Below are positions 38,689 through 49,376 of a stretch of 64,000 nucleotides of DNA, piece after piece (the first letter of the stretch is position 1; each line of letters begins with the position of its first letter). A program made the position numbers and the translations under genes. This DNA comes from Sphingomonadales bacterium UBA6157 (GTDB taxonomy: Bacteria > Pseudomonadota > Alphaproteobacteria > Sphingomonadales > Sphingomonadaceae). Location of the stretch: NCBI GenBank assembly GCA_002423025.1, contig DIUN01000006.1, positions 6,903 to 70,902 on the forward strand, given 5' to 3'. Below the pieces are notes generated by a model that worked only from the letters and a program-made list of their open reading frames with translations, was not told where the DNA came from and searched no databases.

Positions 38689-38713
38689 TTAGCTAGCCCC
38701 GCCAGCAGACGCT

Positions 38714-39157
38714 TCAGTGGTGCTCTGGGGTTGCCATAAGCTCGATCAGTACACCCGCCGTGTCGCGAGGATGCACAAAGATCACTGGTACGCCATGTGC
38801 GCCGATGCGCGGTTCGCCCGTACCCAGTACCGTCGCGCCGCGTGCTCGCATGGCATCGCGGGCGGCGATGATATCGGTCACTTCGAAGCAGACATGATGC
38901 TGACCGCCATTGGGATTCTTCTTCAGGAAGCCGTGGATCGGACTATCCTCGCCCAGCGGCTCGATGAGTTCGAGCTGGCTGTTCGCCACGTCGATGAAGG
39001 CGACTCGCACACCTTGCGCCGGAAGATCGAAGGCCGGGGTGGACACAGTTGCGCCGAACAGGCGCTCATACATTGCGACGGTCGCATCGATGCTTACGCA
39101 GGCGATGCCGACGTGGTTGAGCCGGCCGAGGAGCGGATCGGGGAGGGTGCTGGTCAT
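38714..39157 (-). CDS. Methylmalonyl-CoA epimerase (VOC/glyoxalase fold)
   Basis: LNHVGIAC ... ELIEPLGEDSPI ... GGQHHVCFEV ... IFVHPRD. Start at internal MTSTLPDP (39157). Confidence 0.8.
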   Translation of the reverse strand: MTSTLPDPLLGRLNHVGIACVSIDATVAMYERLFGATVSTPAFDLPAQGVRVAFIDVANSQLELIEPLGEDSPIHGFLKKNPNGGQHHVCFEVTDIIAARDAMRARGATVLGTGEPRIGAHGVPVIFVHPRDTAGVLIELMATPEHH

Positions 39158-39167
39158 GGCCGGGGCT

Positions 39168-40211
<1,044 letters not shown>

Positions 40212-40302
40212 TCAGCCTGTTCGCAAGGTTAGGCTTTGGAGGCGGCTCTTGCGGCCCGCGCTGGATGCGCCATTGTGCAAGGGTGAGGGCAAGGGGAACA
40301 TA

Positions 40303-41538
40303 ATGCGCTGGTTGACGATGGTGATGCTGGCCCTGCTGCCAGTGGCAACGAGTGCCGCGCCACTACTGCTCCGCCCGGCGAAGGTGTTCGACGGCGAGGC
40401 AATGCACGCCGGTTGGCAGGTTCTGGTCGATGGCGACAAGATCGTGGCAGCAGGGCCCGGGCTGGCAGTGCCGCCGGGCACCGAGACGCTCGACCTTCCC
40501 GGCGCAACGCTGCTGCCTGGCCTCATCGAGGGGCACAGCCATTTGTTCCTCCACCCCTACAACGAGACACCCTGGGATACGCAGGTGCTCCACGAGCCAT
40601 TGGCCCTGCGTACGGCACGTGCGGTGGCGCAGGCGCGGGCCACCCTGTTGGCCGGCTTCACCACCGTGCGGGATCTTGGCACAGAGGGCGCGGGCTATGC
40701 CGATGTGGGGCTGAAGCAGGCGATCGTGCAGGGCATCGTGCCGGGGCCGCGTATGCTGGTGGCGACGCGCGCACTGGTCGCGACAGGCGCCTATGGCCCG
40801 CGTGGCTTCGAGCCCGGCGTGGACGTGCCGCTCGGGGCCGAGGCCGTCGATGGCGCTGCGCTTGTGCAAGCGGTGCGCCGGCAGATTGGCCACGGCGCCG
40901 ATATCATCAAGCTTTATGGGGATTATCGTTGGGGCCCCGGCGAGCCAAGCCGGCCGACCTTCAGCGAACCGGAGATGCGCGCTGCGGTGAGTGCGGCGCA
41001 CGATGCCGGGCGACCGGTGGCGGTGCACGCCTCCACGCCCGAGGGGATGCGGCGGGCGGTTGTCGCGGGTGCCGAAGTGATCGAGCATGGCAGCGAGGGC
41101 ACAGCCGAGGTGTTCAAACTCATGGCGCAGCACGGCACCGTGCTGTGCCCGACTTTGGCGGCTGGCGACGCCATCGCCCGCTATCGCGGCTGGAACGGCA
41201 GCGAGCCGGCGCCGGCCGACGTGCTGGCGGATCGCAAGACATTTGCGGTGGCGCGCGGGGCAGGCGTTCGGATGTGCATGGGCGGTGACGTGGGCGTCTA
41301 TGCGCATGGCGACAATGCGCGCGAGATGGAATTGATGGTCAAGGCCGGTATGCCTGTTCTGGAGGTGCTGAATGCAGCGACTGCCGGAAACGCCAGGAGC
41401 TTCGGCCTGTTGGATCGCGGCCGTATCGCGCCGGGGCTGCTGGCGGATATTCTCGTGGTGGATGGTGACCCTGCGCGTGATGTTTCCGCCGTGCGCGCTG
41501 TGCGGCTTGTGATGAAGGGCGGGGTGGTGGTTCGCTAA
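40303..41538 (+). CDS. Secreted amidohydrolase family protein
   Basis: Signal peptide MRWLTMVMLALLPVATSAAP. LLPGLIEGHSHLF metal motif, VAVHAS, and IEHGS. Confidence 0.8.
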   Translation: MRWLTMVMLALLPVATSAAPLLLRPAKVFDGEAMHAGWQVLVDGDKIVAAGPGLAVPPGTETLDLPGATLLPGLIEGHSHLFLHPYNETPWDTQVLHEPLALRTARAVAQARATLLAGFTTVRDLGTEGAGYADVGLKQAIVQGIVPGPRMLVATRALVATGAYGPRGFEPGVDVPLGAEAVDGAALVQAVRRQIGHGADIIKLYGDYRWGPGEPSRPTFSEPEMRAAVSAAHDAGRPVAVHASTPEGMRRAVVAGAEVIEHGSEGTAEVFKLMAQHGTVLCPTLAAGDAIARYRGWNGSEPAPADVLADRKTFAVARGAGVRMCMGGDVGVYAHGDNAREMELMVKAGMPVLEVLNAATAGNARSFGLLDRGRIAPGLLADILVVDGDPARDVSAVRAVRLVMKGGVVVR

Positions 41539-43088
41539 TCTGCCAGATGCACGACGGCCGGCGGCGTCTTGGGGCGACGCAGCAAGAGCAGCAGCGGGAT
41601 CATCGAAATCGTCACCCAGAACAGCATGCGGAACACGTCGATATAGGCGATCATTGCCGCCTGCCGGTTCACGGCGCCATCGAGCATTGCCATTACCGCG
41701 TCTCCGGCGCCCCCCATCGCGCCGGCAATGCCGCCATCGGCCCAAGGTAGCGCGAAGGGCGTGAGGCTGGCACCGATATCAGCGTGCGACACCTGCGCCT
41801 GTCGCGCGAGAATTCCGACGCTCAAGCTGATGCCGAAGGAACTGCCAAGGTTTCGCAGCAGCATGAAGAAGCTTGAGGCATCGGTGCGCAAATCTGCCGG
41901 CAGCGTGGAAAACGCGATTGTGTTGAGCGGCACGAACACCAATCCGAGCCCAAGGCCCTGGACAAAGCCGCTGATGACCAGCGGCTGTGAATCCATCTCG
42001 GGCGAGAAGCCGCTCATCATCCAAAGGCTGATGGCCGAGATTGCCATGCCGGTGCCGATGATGGCGCGCGGATCTGTTCGCGACACCAGCCGGCCAGCCG
42101 CCATCATAGAGATCATCATCCCGATGCCACGCGGCATTTGCACCAAGCCAGACTGGATGACCGAATAGCCGAATAGGGTCTGCAGCATGGTCGGCAAGAT
42201 AGCCGTGGTGCCAACCAGCAGGAGACCTACGAGCGTGATGAACAGAAAGCCGGTCATGATGTTGCTGTTTTTGAGCAGCCGCTTGTCCAGCAGCGTGTTC
42301 GTGCCGGTAAAGATGTGGACGCCAAAAGCCCAGAGCGAGGCAACGGCGACGCCGGCCTCGACCCGCACCTCCCAGCTCTCGAACCAATCGAGCTGCTGGC
42401 CACGATCGAGGCACAATTGCAACGCGGCAAAGCCGACAGCGAGAAGCCCGAAGCCCAGCATATCAAACCTGCGGATGCGGGGCTCGGCCTTGGGCAGCAG
42501 TGCCGCGGCGAGAAAGAGCGTTAGGATGCCGAACGGCAGGTTGATCAGGAACACCCAACGCCAATCGAAATTCTCGGTGAGCCAGCCGCCCACAAATGGC
42601 CCCAGGATAGGGCCAACCATCACGCCCACTCCCCACCAGGCCATAGCCTGACCCTGTTTCTCGCGTGGCCAGACATCAAGAATATAAGACTGCCCGAGCG
42701 GCGCAAGGAACGCGCCTGCCGCGCCTTGGAGCACGCGGAAGAACACCATCTGCTCCAGCGATTGGGCGAGACCGCAGGCCATTGAGGCGATGGTGAACGC
42801 AGTGACGGAGTACAGGAACAACTGGCGCTTGCCGAGCCGGTCCGCCAGCCAGCCGGTCAGTGGTGTGGCGACTGCGGTGGCGAGGATGTAGCTCGTCAAA
42901 ACCCAGGCGATGGTGTCGGATGCGGCACCGAGGCTTGGCTGCATGTGCGGTAGCGCGACGTTGGCGATCGTGGAATCAAGGATCGTCATGAAGGTGCCCA
43001 GCATCACCACCATGGTGATGACGATCGGGCTGGCTTGTACGGGGCTGGCCTGTGCCGGGGTTGCGACCGGAGCGGCGGTATCCGCCAT
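41535..43088 (-). CDS. DHA2-family MFS efflux permease (EmrB/QacA type, 14 TM)
   Basis: LDSTIANVALPHM motif, GWLADRLGKRQ, and ~517 aa. Confidence 0.9.
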   Translation of the reverse strand: MADTAAPVATPAQASPVQASPIVITMVVMLGTFMTILDSTIANVALPHMQPSLGAASDTIAWVLTSYILATAVATPLTGWLADRLGKRQLFLYSVTAFTIASMACGLAQSLEQMVFFRVLQGAAGAFLAPLGQSYILDVWPREKQGQAMAWWGVGVMVGPILGPFVGGWLTENFDWRWVFLINLPFGILTLFLAAALLPKAEPRIRRFDMLGFGLLAVGFAALQLCLDRGQQLDWFESWEVRVEAGVAVASLWAFGVHIFTGTNTLLDKRLLKNSNIMTGFLFITLVGLLLVGTTAILPTMLQTLFGYSVIQSGLVQMPRGIGMMISMMAAGRLVSRTDPRAIIGTGMAISAISLWMMSGFSPEMDSQPLVISGFVQGLGLGLVFVPLNTIAFSTLPADLRTDASSFFMLLRNLGSSFGISLSVGILARQAQVSHADIGASLTPFALPWADGGIAGAMGGAGDAVMAMLDGAVNRQAAMIAYIDVFRMLFWVTISMIPLLLLLRRPKTPPAVVHLAD

Positions 43089-44116
43089 CAGCCCCCGGTT
43101 TCCACTTTCACGCTGGCTGAGAGCCCGGCTATGAGCGGCACCGGCGATGTTGCGGGTAGAGCAATGCGCACCGGGACACGTTGCACAACTTTGACCCAGT
43201 TGCCGGTGGCGTTCTGGGCAGGAAGAACCGAGAATTCACTGCCGGTGCCGGCGCCGATGCTCTCGACCTTGCCGATGATCTCGGTGCCTGGGTAGGCATC
43301 CAGTTCAATGACAGCGAGCTGGCCAACGCGCATCTTCTCAAGGTCAGTCTCCTTGAAATTAGCCTCAATCCAGCGGCGATCACTCAGCACCAGTGACATT
43401 GTTGGAATTCCCGATGCCATCACCTGGCCAGGCAGCACGCGTGTCGTCTGGCTTGCAAGGCCATCGGCAGGCGCCTTGATGGTGGTGCGCGAGAGATCAA
43501 AGGCTGCCTTGTCCCGGGCTGCCATTGCGGCGAGCACTAGCGGATGCGTGCCACTGCCTGCGGCATTTGCGCGGGCGCGGGCGCTGGCCTCATCCGCCAG
43601 TGCCGAGGCGAGGCTCGACTCGGCCTGGATGACAGCAGACTGCGCTGCCTGCAGCCGGGCGCGCGTGGCAAAACCGTCTTTGAATAGTTGCTCCTGCCGG
43701 CCAAGCTCGGACCGGGCGAAGGCCAACGCATCGCGCCGGGCGGTTACGTCCGCAACGCGGCCAGCAGTGCCGGAGCGCAAGTCCGCAACGTCCAGCCGGG
43801 CGGCGGCGAGATTGGCTTCCGCTTCAGCAAGCGCAATCTGGAATGGACGGTCAGCGAGTTGGATCAAGACGTCGCCGCGCTTCACCGGCTGAGATTCGCG
43901 TACGTTAACGCTGAGGATGCGGCCGGTCACATCGCTGCTGATCGCCACCATATCCTGCTGTACATAGGCATTGTCCGTGCTCACCGAGCGGCCACCAGTG
44001 AGCCAGAAGTAGAGGCCGACTGCTACCAGAAGGAACGGCAGCGCAAGCATGAGCACAATGCGACGACGGCTGTCGCGCTGCGCGGTGAGGCTGTCTCGAT
44101 CCACCACGGCGTGCAT
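43088..44116 (-). CDS. HlyD/EmrA-family membrane fusion protein
   Basis: N-terminal TM, lipoyl-like and coiled-coil regions, TDNAYVQQDMVAISSDVTGRI. 1-nt TGATG overlaps with both neighbours. Confidence 0.9.
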   Translation of the reverse strand: MHAVVDRDSLTAQRDSRRRIVLMLALPFLLVAVGLYFWLTGGRSVSTDNAYVQQDMVAISSDVTGRILSVNVRESQPVKRGDVLIQLADRPFQIALAEAEANLAAARLDVADLRSGTAGRVADVTARRDALAFARSELGRQEQLFKDGFATRARLQAAQSAVIQAESSLASALADEASARARANAAGSGTHPLVLAAMAARDKAAFDLSRTTIKAPADGLASQTTRVLPGQVMASGIPTMSLVLSDRRWIEANFKETDLEKMRVGQLAVIELDAYPGTEIIGKVESIGAGTGSEFSVLPAQNATGNWVKVVQRVPVRIALPATSPVPLIAGLSASVKVETGG

Positions 44117-44589
44117 CAGCGCGGCCTCCCGGCGCGGCGCGCGGCTGGCCTTGGCTCGGCCTCAGGTTCCGGCCGCGTTTGCAGATTGGTCCGGATTCTG
44201 TTCAGCATCGTGGCCAACTTCAGTTGGTCAGCTTCACCCAGACCTTCGAAAGTTTCGGCGACAACAAGTTCACCCACTTCACGGAGCGCAGCCAGAATCG
44301 GATGGGCCGGCGGAGTCAGGTGCAGGCGCCAGGCTCGGCGATCGGCTGGGTCGGCCCGGCGTTCAACGAGTCCGGCTTCCTCCAATCGATCGACCATGCG
44401 GCCTACGGTTATGGTCTCCACGTCCAGTGCCTCGGCGAGACTCGCCTGGTTGCTGCCTTCGTTTCGTGAAAGTGCGAAGAGCACTTGCCATTGCGCGCGG
44501 CTGACCCCCAAGCGACGCGCGCGCGCATCGAAGCGGCGGCGCAACAGGCGGGAACAATCACCGATGAGGACGGCAAGGCTGTCTGACAT
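44116..44589 (-). CDS. MarR family transcriptional regulator
   Basis: Start at internal MSDSLAVLIGD (44589). Winged helix SRAQWQVLFALSRNEGSNQASLAEALDVETITVGRMVDRLEEAGLVERRADPADRR. Confidence 0.85.
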   Translation of the reverse strand: MSDSLAVLIGDCSRLLRRRFDARARRLGVSRAQWQVLFALSRNEGSNQASLAEALDVETITVGRMVDRLEEAGLVERRADPADRRAWRLHLTPPAHPILAALREVGELVVAETFEGLGEADQLKLATMLNRIRTNLQTRPEPEAEPRPAARRAGRPR

Positions 44590-44595
44590 AAGCAC

Positions 44596-44604
44596 TGATA
44601 TAAT
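44596..44604 (+). promoter_or_regulatory. Extended -10 element TGATATAAT facing prsK
   Basis: Exact TGnTATAAT in the AT-richer 117-bp divergent spacer, ~100 nt upstream of the prsK ATG. Adjacent inverted repeat GCTTG-N7-CAAGC (44611-44627) may be a MarR operator. Confidence 0.3.
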
Positions 44605-44706
44605 AAATATGCTTGTAATCATCAAGCCGCTTATCGGGAAGCTATGGTGCGCTTGCAGCGCTCCCGCTAGGGTGGCGGGGATGACAAAAATGACCTCCCG
44701 CAAAGC

Positions 44707-46866
44707 TTGCATATGCTGCTGACTGACGTCGGCCTGTTCAGCCATGTGCTGGCATTGTTTGGCTTCGCTGCGTTGGCGGCGACTGTGCTGTGGAAGGCCG
44801 GTACACGTGGTACTGGCCTATGGCTGGCGGGCGCAGCCTTTGCCACCGCGGCTTGGGCTCTGGTGTTTGTCATGACAACGCAAGACGCGCTGGCTTGGCA
44901 AGGTTGGCTTTCACCGTCGGAAACGCTGCGGACTTCGGCTTGGCTGGCCTTTCTTATCGCCGTGCTGCGCCCAGCCTGGCAGATGGCGAAGCAGGTGCGC
45001 GCGGCTTTCGTCATCGCTTCCGCGCTCGGCTCTGTGGCGGCGCTCCTTCTCCTGCTCGATACCGGCAACATTGGCGCTGCGGTGCTGATGGGGGACAGGT
45101 CGCTTGCCGGCCAGCTCTTTCTTATCCTGCGGCTGGCAATGTCGGTCAGTGGTCTCGTGCTGGTGCACAATCTTTATGTGAACAGCCAGAGTGACACACG
45201 TGGGGGCGTGCGCCTGCTGACCATTGGGCTGGGCGGACTGTTTCTTTATGACCTGAACTTCTACACCTTGGCCTATCTGCTTCCGCCCGCATCGGCGGAC
45301 CTGTTCAATATTCGCGGCGCCGTGGACACCATCACTGTCCCGCTGTTGCTGCTCTCGGCGCGTGAGGCCTGGGCGGCGCGATTCTATGTTTCACGCCAGG
45401 TAGTGTTTCACACGCTGTCCTTCTCGATGATTGGTTTCTACCTCATCGCCATGGCGTTGCTTGCCTATGGCTTGCGGCTGCTCGGCGGAAATTGGGGGCT
45501 GCTGCTTCAGGTCAGTTTTCTGTTCGGCACCGTTATCCTTGGCATGGTCGTGCTCGTTTCGGAGCGGTTTCGCGCGGCGCTGCGTGTGCAGATTGCCAAG
45601 AACTTCTTTCGATACAAATATGATTATCGGAAGGAGTGGTTGCGCTTCATCGCCACAGTCTCGCAGACCGGCGATGGCGCGGCGGCGCTGCATGAGCGGG
45701 TCATACAGGCGGTTGCCGCGGTTATGGATTCGCCCGGCGGGGTGCTGATGGTGCCAGATGATGGCGCGCTGCACCCGGTAGCCGATTGGCAGACGCGGCG
45801 ACTGGGGCTTCCGGCCGAACCAATCAGTGGGGATTTTGGCCGATTAATCACACGGCAGTTCATTATCGACTTTGATGATTGGCGCGCTGGCGGATCGGAC
45901 TATGTGGGCCTTTCCTGCCCGGATTGGGCCATCGGCAATCGCCGTATCTGGCTGGCAGTGCCACTTGTCCATCTGGACAGCCTTGCTGGTGTGCTGATCC
46001 TCAAGCGGACTTTGGCACCTCGGCCCCTCAACTGGGAGGATTTTGACCTGCTGCGCACGCTCGGCAGACAGGCGGGCAGTTATATTGCGGAAAGTTCCAA
46101 GCAAGAGGCGCTCGACGAAGCCAGCAAGTTCGATGAGTTTAACCGACGCTTCGCCTTCATCATGCACGATATCAAGAACCTCGTGAGCCAACTCAGCCTT
46201 GTGGCGCGCAATGCCGAACGCCACGCGGATAATCCCGAATTTCGGGCCGACATGGTGGCGACGCTGCAGAGCTCAGTTGCCAAGATGAATGACTTACTGG
46301 CCCGGCTCTCGCAGGCGCCGAGTAGCCGCGGCGAGGGTGGTCGGGCGCCGGTGGACGTGGCGTCGCTGCTTGCGCAGGTGGTGGCGATGAAGCAGCGCGC
46401 ACATTCTGCCCTGACGCTGGCTCTTCCAGAGGGGCCGGTGCAGGCGGGCCCGGAGTTGACAGGTGCGCTGGAGGCGCCAGAAGGGCTTTCTTCTCCGCTA
46501 CTTGTGTCCGGAGATGCGGGACGGATTGAGCAATTGTTTCTGCACCTTGTCCAGAATGCGGTGGATGCCTCGCTGCCCGGCGCCCCGATCAGCGTCTCGG
46601 CAACACTGGCCGACGGCATGGTGCGAGTCGTCATAACGGATTCCGGCACTGGCATGACGGCGCGCTTCATCCGACAGGAACTATTTCAACCGTTCCGCTC
46701 CACCAAACCTGATGGCTTTGGCATCGGCGCTTACGAGGCGCGCGAGATCGCTCGGGCCCACGGCGGCGCATTGGAAGTTCACAGCCGCGAGGGTGAGGGC
46801 AGCGTGTTTACCGTAGTACTGCCGCTGATGTCCGCCTCCGCCCGATTCCAGGCGGAAGCCCTGTGA
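44707..46866 (+). CDS. prsK: PEP-CTERM system histidine kinase PrsK (XrtA-associated type)
   Basis: ~300-aa polytopic N-terminus, a GAF-like middle, H-box FAFIMHDIKNLVSQL, and N/G boxes (LVQNAVDA, DSGTGM, GFGIGAYE). Paired with a PrsR-type regulator. Confidence 0.75.
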   Translation: MHMLLTDVGLFSHVLALFGFAALAATVLWKAGTRGTGLWLAGAAFATAAWALVFVMTTQDALAWQGWLSPSETLRTSAWLAFLIAVLRPAWQMAKQVRAAFVIASALGSVAALLLLLDTGNIGAAVLMGDRSLAGQLFLILRLAMSVSGLVLVHNLYVNSQSDTRGGVRLLTIGLGGLFLYDLNFYTLAYLLPPASADLFNIRGAVDTITVPLLLLSAREAWAARFYVSRQVVFHTLSFSMIGFYLIAMALLAYGLRLLGGNWGLLLQVSFLFGTVILGMVVLVSERFRAALRVQIAKNFFRYKYDYRKEWLRFIATVSQTGDGAAALHERVIQAVAAVMDSPGGVLMVPDDGALHPVADWQTRRLGLPAEPISGDFGRLITRQFIIDFDDWRAGGSDYVGLSCPDWAIGNRRIWLAVPLVHLDSLAGVLILKRTLAPRPLNWEDFDLLRTLGRQAGSYIAESSKQEALDEASKFDEFNRRFAFIMHDIKNLVSQLSLVARNAERHADNPEFRADMVATLQSSVAKMNDLLARLSQAPSSRGEGGRAPVDVASLLAQVVAMKQRAHSALTLALPEGPVQAGPELTGALEAPEGLSSPLLVSGDAGRIEQLFLHLVQNAVDASLPGAPISVSATLADGMVRVVITDSGTGMTARFIRQELFQPFRSTKPDGFGIGAYEAREIARAHGGALEVHSREGEGSVFTVVLPLMSASARFQAEAL

Positions 46867-48227
46867 GCGAGCTGCGGCGCAAGCTCCTGGTGGTGGAGGA
46901 TGATGAGGGGCTGCAGCGCCAGTTGCGCTGGTCCTATGAAGATTATGACGTGATCATCGCCGGCAGTCGCGATGCAGCGATGGCTGCGTTGCGCCAGCAT
47001 GAGCCGGCAGTTGTGACTCTGGATTTGGGGCTGCCGCCTGATCCTGATGGTGTTTCGGAAGGCTTTGCCACGCTGGATGCAATCCTGGTCGAGCGGCCGC
47101 AGACCAAGGTCATCGTGGCCTCCGGCCACGGCGCTCGGCAGAGCGCGCGGGATGCGATCGCCAATGGCGCTTTCGATTTTTACCAGAAACCGGTTGATAT
47201 CGACGCTCTTGGCTTCATCGTGCGCCGGGCGTTCCATGTGGCAGACCTCGAGGCCGAAAACCGCCGACTGGCCGATACGGCCGCTGCCGCCACGCGTGAT
47301 GTGCTCGGCGGCATCGTTACGGGTGCGCCCGAAATGCTGAAAGTGGCCAGGATGATCGAGCGGGTCGCCTCTGCTCAGGTGTCGGTAATGCTGCTGGGTG
47401 CCAGCGGCACCGGCAAGGAATTGCTGGCACGCGGGTTGCACAACGCATCGCTGCGGGCTGCTAAGCCGTTCATCGCCATCAATTGCGCCGCTATTCCGGA
47501 GAACCTGCTCGAGTCCGAACTGTTCGGCTATGAAAAGGGCGCCTTCACTGGCGCTGTCAAAACCCAGCCAGGCAAAATCGAGATGGCTGAGACCGGCACG
47601 CTGTTTCTGGACGAAGTTGGAGATATTCCGCTGCCACTGCAGGTCAAGCTACTGCGTTTCCTGCAAGAACGGGTAATTGAGCGAATTGGTGGCCGCCGGC
47701 CGATTCCAGTCGATGTGCGCATTGTTTGCGCCACTCACCAAAATCTTGAAGCGATGATCGCGGAAGGGCGCTTCCGCGAAGATCTCTACTACCGGTTAGC
47801 CGAGATTGTGGTGAGGATTCCCTCGCTTGCCGAGCGACTGGGCGATGCGTCGCTGCTGGCGCATCATTTCCTGATGCGCTTTTCGAGGGAGCATGGGCGT
47901 AATTTCAAGGGGTTCACGCCTGATGCCATCGCTGCAATCAGCGATTGGCATTGGCCAGGCAACGTCCGCGAGCTGGAGAACCGCATGAAACGGGCGGTCA
48001 TCATGTCCGAGGCCTCGCGGCTCTGTGCTGCCGATCTCGATCTTGGTGCTGCCGCCGATGCGCCGGCGCTTACGCTCAAGGCCGCGCGGGATGCTGCGGA
48101 CCAACTGGTTATCCGCAAGGTGCTGGCGCGGTGCGACAACAATCTCTCATCCGCCGCCAAATTGCTCGGCATCAGCCGGCCGACTCTTTACGATCTGATG
48201 CGCCAGCACGGGCTCGATGCGAGCTGA
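46863..48227 (+). CDS. prsR: PEP-CTERM-box response regulator PrsR (sigma-54-dependent activator)
   Basis: Receiver [17 protein letters not shown] ... [19 protein letters not shown]+ [29 protein letters not shown]-terminal HTH ([16 protein letters not shown]). Confidence 0.85.
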   Translation: MSELRRKLLVVEDDEGLQRQLRWSYEDYDVIIAGSRDAAMAALRQHEPAVVTLDLGLPPDPDGVSEGFATLDAILVERPQTKVIVASGHGARQSARDAIANGAFDFYQKPVDIDALGFIVRRAFHVADLEAENRRLADTAAAATRDVLGGIVTGAPEMLKVARMIERVASAQVSVMLLGASGTGKELLARGLHNASLRAAKPFIAINCAAIPENLLESELFGYEKGAFTGAVKTQPGKIEMAETGTLFLDEVGDIPLPLQVKLLRFLQERVIERIGGRRPIPVDVRIVCATHQNLEAMIAEGRFREDLYYRLAEIVVRIPSLAERLGDASLLAHHFLMRFSREHGRNFKGFTPDAIAAISDWHWPGNVRELENRMKRAVIMSEASRLCAADLDLGAAADAPALTLKAARDAADQLVIRKVLARCDNNLSSAAKLLGISRPTLYDLMRQHGLDAS

Positions 48228-48301
48228 TCCTGCATTTCAGGGCCTCCTGACGCGCTTCGCCTTGCACTATTGGCGGGAGTGTCTTAAGCGCGCGCTTCGG
48301 T

Positions 48302-48378
48302 CGGAGCGTGGCGCAGCCTGGTAGCGCATTAGACTGGGGGTCTAAGGGTCGCAGGTTCGAATCCTGTCGCTCCGACCA
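48302..48378 (+). tRNA. tRNA-Pro (anticodon GGG)
   Basis: Hand-folded cloverleaf. Acceptor CGGAGCG/CGCTCCG, D arm GCGC-AGCCTGGTA-GCGC, anticodon arm TTAGA-CTGGGGG-TCTAA, T arm GCAGG-TTCGAAT-CCTGT, discriminator A and encoded CCA. Confidence 0.9.
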
Positions 48379-48457
48379 GCCCTCACTGCATATATTGCTA
48401 ATCATGCAATAAGCTGGCCATGCCGGGTGAGGTATCGTGACTATTTGGCATCTAATA

Positions 48458-48484
48458 TTGACAGAATGAACCAAATAGGATAAT
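48458..48484 (+). promoter_or_regulatory. Possible promoter of the lysis cassette (TTGACA-N15-GATAAT)
   Basis: Perfect -35 and a 5/6 -10 but a short spacer. Followed by RBS AAGGAA 7 nt before the ATG at 48514. Confidence 0.3.
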
Positions 48485-48513
48485 TAGGTTGCTCCCCAAC
48501 AAGGAATGCGACC

Positions 48514-49068
48514 ATGGCCGCTCCCGATGACATAGTGCAGCCGCTGCTTGCGGCGCTTTTGCTGAAGGAGGGTGGCTTTGCCGACCATCCGCATGATCGC
48601 GGAGGCGCCACCAATTTCGGCATCACCGAGGCGGTTGCGCGGAGTGCCGGTTGGCTTGGATCCATGCGCGATTTGCCGCGTGATTTTGCTCTGGCCATCT
48701 ACAAGCGCCGCTTCTGGACGCTGCCGCGATTCCATGATGTCGCCGGCATTGTGCCGGCAGTGGCCGCAGAATTGTTCGATACCGGTGTCAACATGGGGCC
48801 GGCGGTCGCCACGGGCTTTCTTCAGCGCAGCCTCAATGTGCTCAACCGTCAGGGGCGAGACTGGCCGGATGTGGTGCTTGACCGGGCAGTCGGCCCGGCC
48901 ACCCTCGGTGCGCTGCGTGGCCTAAGGCGGGTGCGTGGACCGGCTGGCGAGGTAGTGCTGCTGACTGCCCTCAATGCCTTGCAGGGCACCCGCTATATTG
49001 AATTGGCCGAGGGCAGATCGGCGAACGAAAGCTTCCTCAATGGCTGGCTTTCGAGCCGCGTCGCATGA
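48514..49068 (+). CDS. Glycoside hydrolase family 108-like endolysin with a PG_binding_3-like C-terminus
   Basis: LLKEGGFADHPHDRGGATNFGIT (catalytic Glu region) and a C-terminal peptidoglycan-binding-like half (LDRAVGPATLGAL). Confidence 0.8.
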   Translation: MAAPDDIVQPLLAALLLKEGGFADHPHDRGGATNFGITEAVARSAGWLGSMRDLPRDFALAIYKRRFWTLPRFHDVAGIVPAVAAELFDTGVNMGPAVATGFLQRSLNVLNRQGRDWPDVVLDRAVGPATLGALRGLRRVRGPAGEVVLLTALNALQGTRYIELAEGRSANESFLNGWLSSRVA

Positions 49069-49376
49069 AGCTAAATATTGATCCCAACTGGCGCCGAGCA
49101 GTGCTGGCGCTGCTTTTTGGCGGCTCGGGAATCTCACTGTCGCTTATGGCGCTCTGGTTGGCCTGGAATGTGCTTCACGGCCCTTGGCCGGAAGCTCTGG
49201 CCGGGCAGAGGCTGAGGCTCATTGGCGGCGCACTTTACGCAACGATGGCGTTGCTAGGTCTGGTGCTGACAGGGCTGGCGATGACGGTAGCGCTACGCCA
49301 GGTGTCCGCCCGCTTCATGGGGGCTGATTTCTCGGCTTCAGGCAATGGCAACGACGGGCAGGGGCCGGGAACATGA
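49065..49376 (+). CDS. Holin-like small membrane protein (two TM helices)
   Basis: 103 aa with helices VLALLFGGSGISLSLMALWLAWNVL and LIGGALYATMALLGLVLTGLAMTVAL. ATGA overlaps with both the endolysin and spanin genes. The call is positional. Confidence 0.5.
   Translation: MKLNIDPNWRRAVLALLFGGSGISLSLMALWLAWNVLHGPWPEALAGQRLRLIGGALYATMALLGLVLTGLAMTVALRQVSARFMGADFSASGNGNDGQGPGT

Noticed and set aside
48394-48410. The inverted repeat ATTGC-TAATCAT-GCAAT after the tRNA shares the central heptamer TAATCAT with GCTTG-TAATCAT-CAAGC in the marR/prsK spacer (44611-44627).
   Set aside because: The arms differ in sequence and register, and the heptamer is short and AT-rich. This is most likely coincidence rather than a common operator.
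48379-48513. A search for a CtrA box (TTAA-N7-TTAA), or a direct repeat of the tRNA-Pro 3' end, that would mark CtrA control or an integration scar of the lysis cassette.
   Set aside because: The spacer contains no TTAA-N7-TTAA or TTAACCAT half-site. I saw no repeat of the tRNA 3' end at the distal end, which directly abuts a core gene. Regulation by CtrA and integration at the tRNA are therefore unsupported by the sequence.
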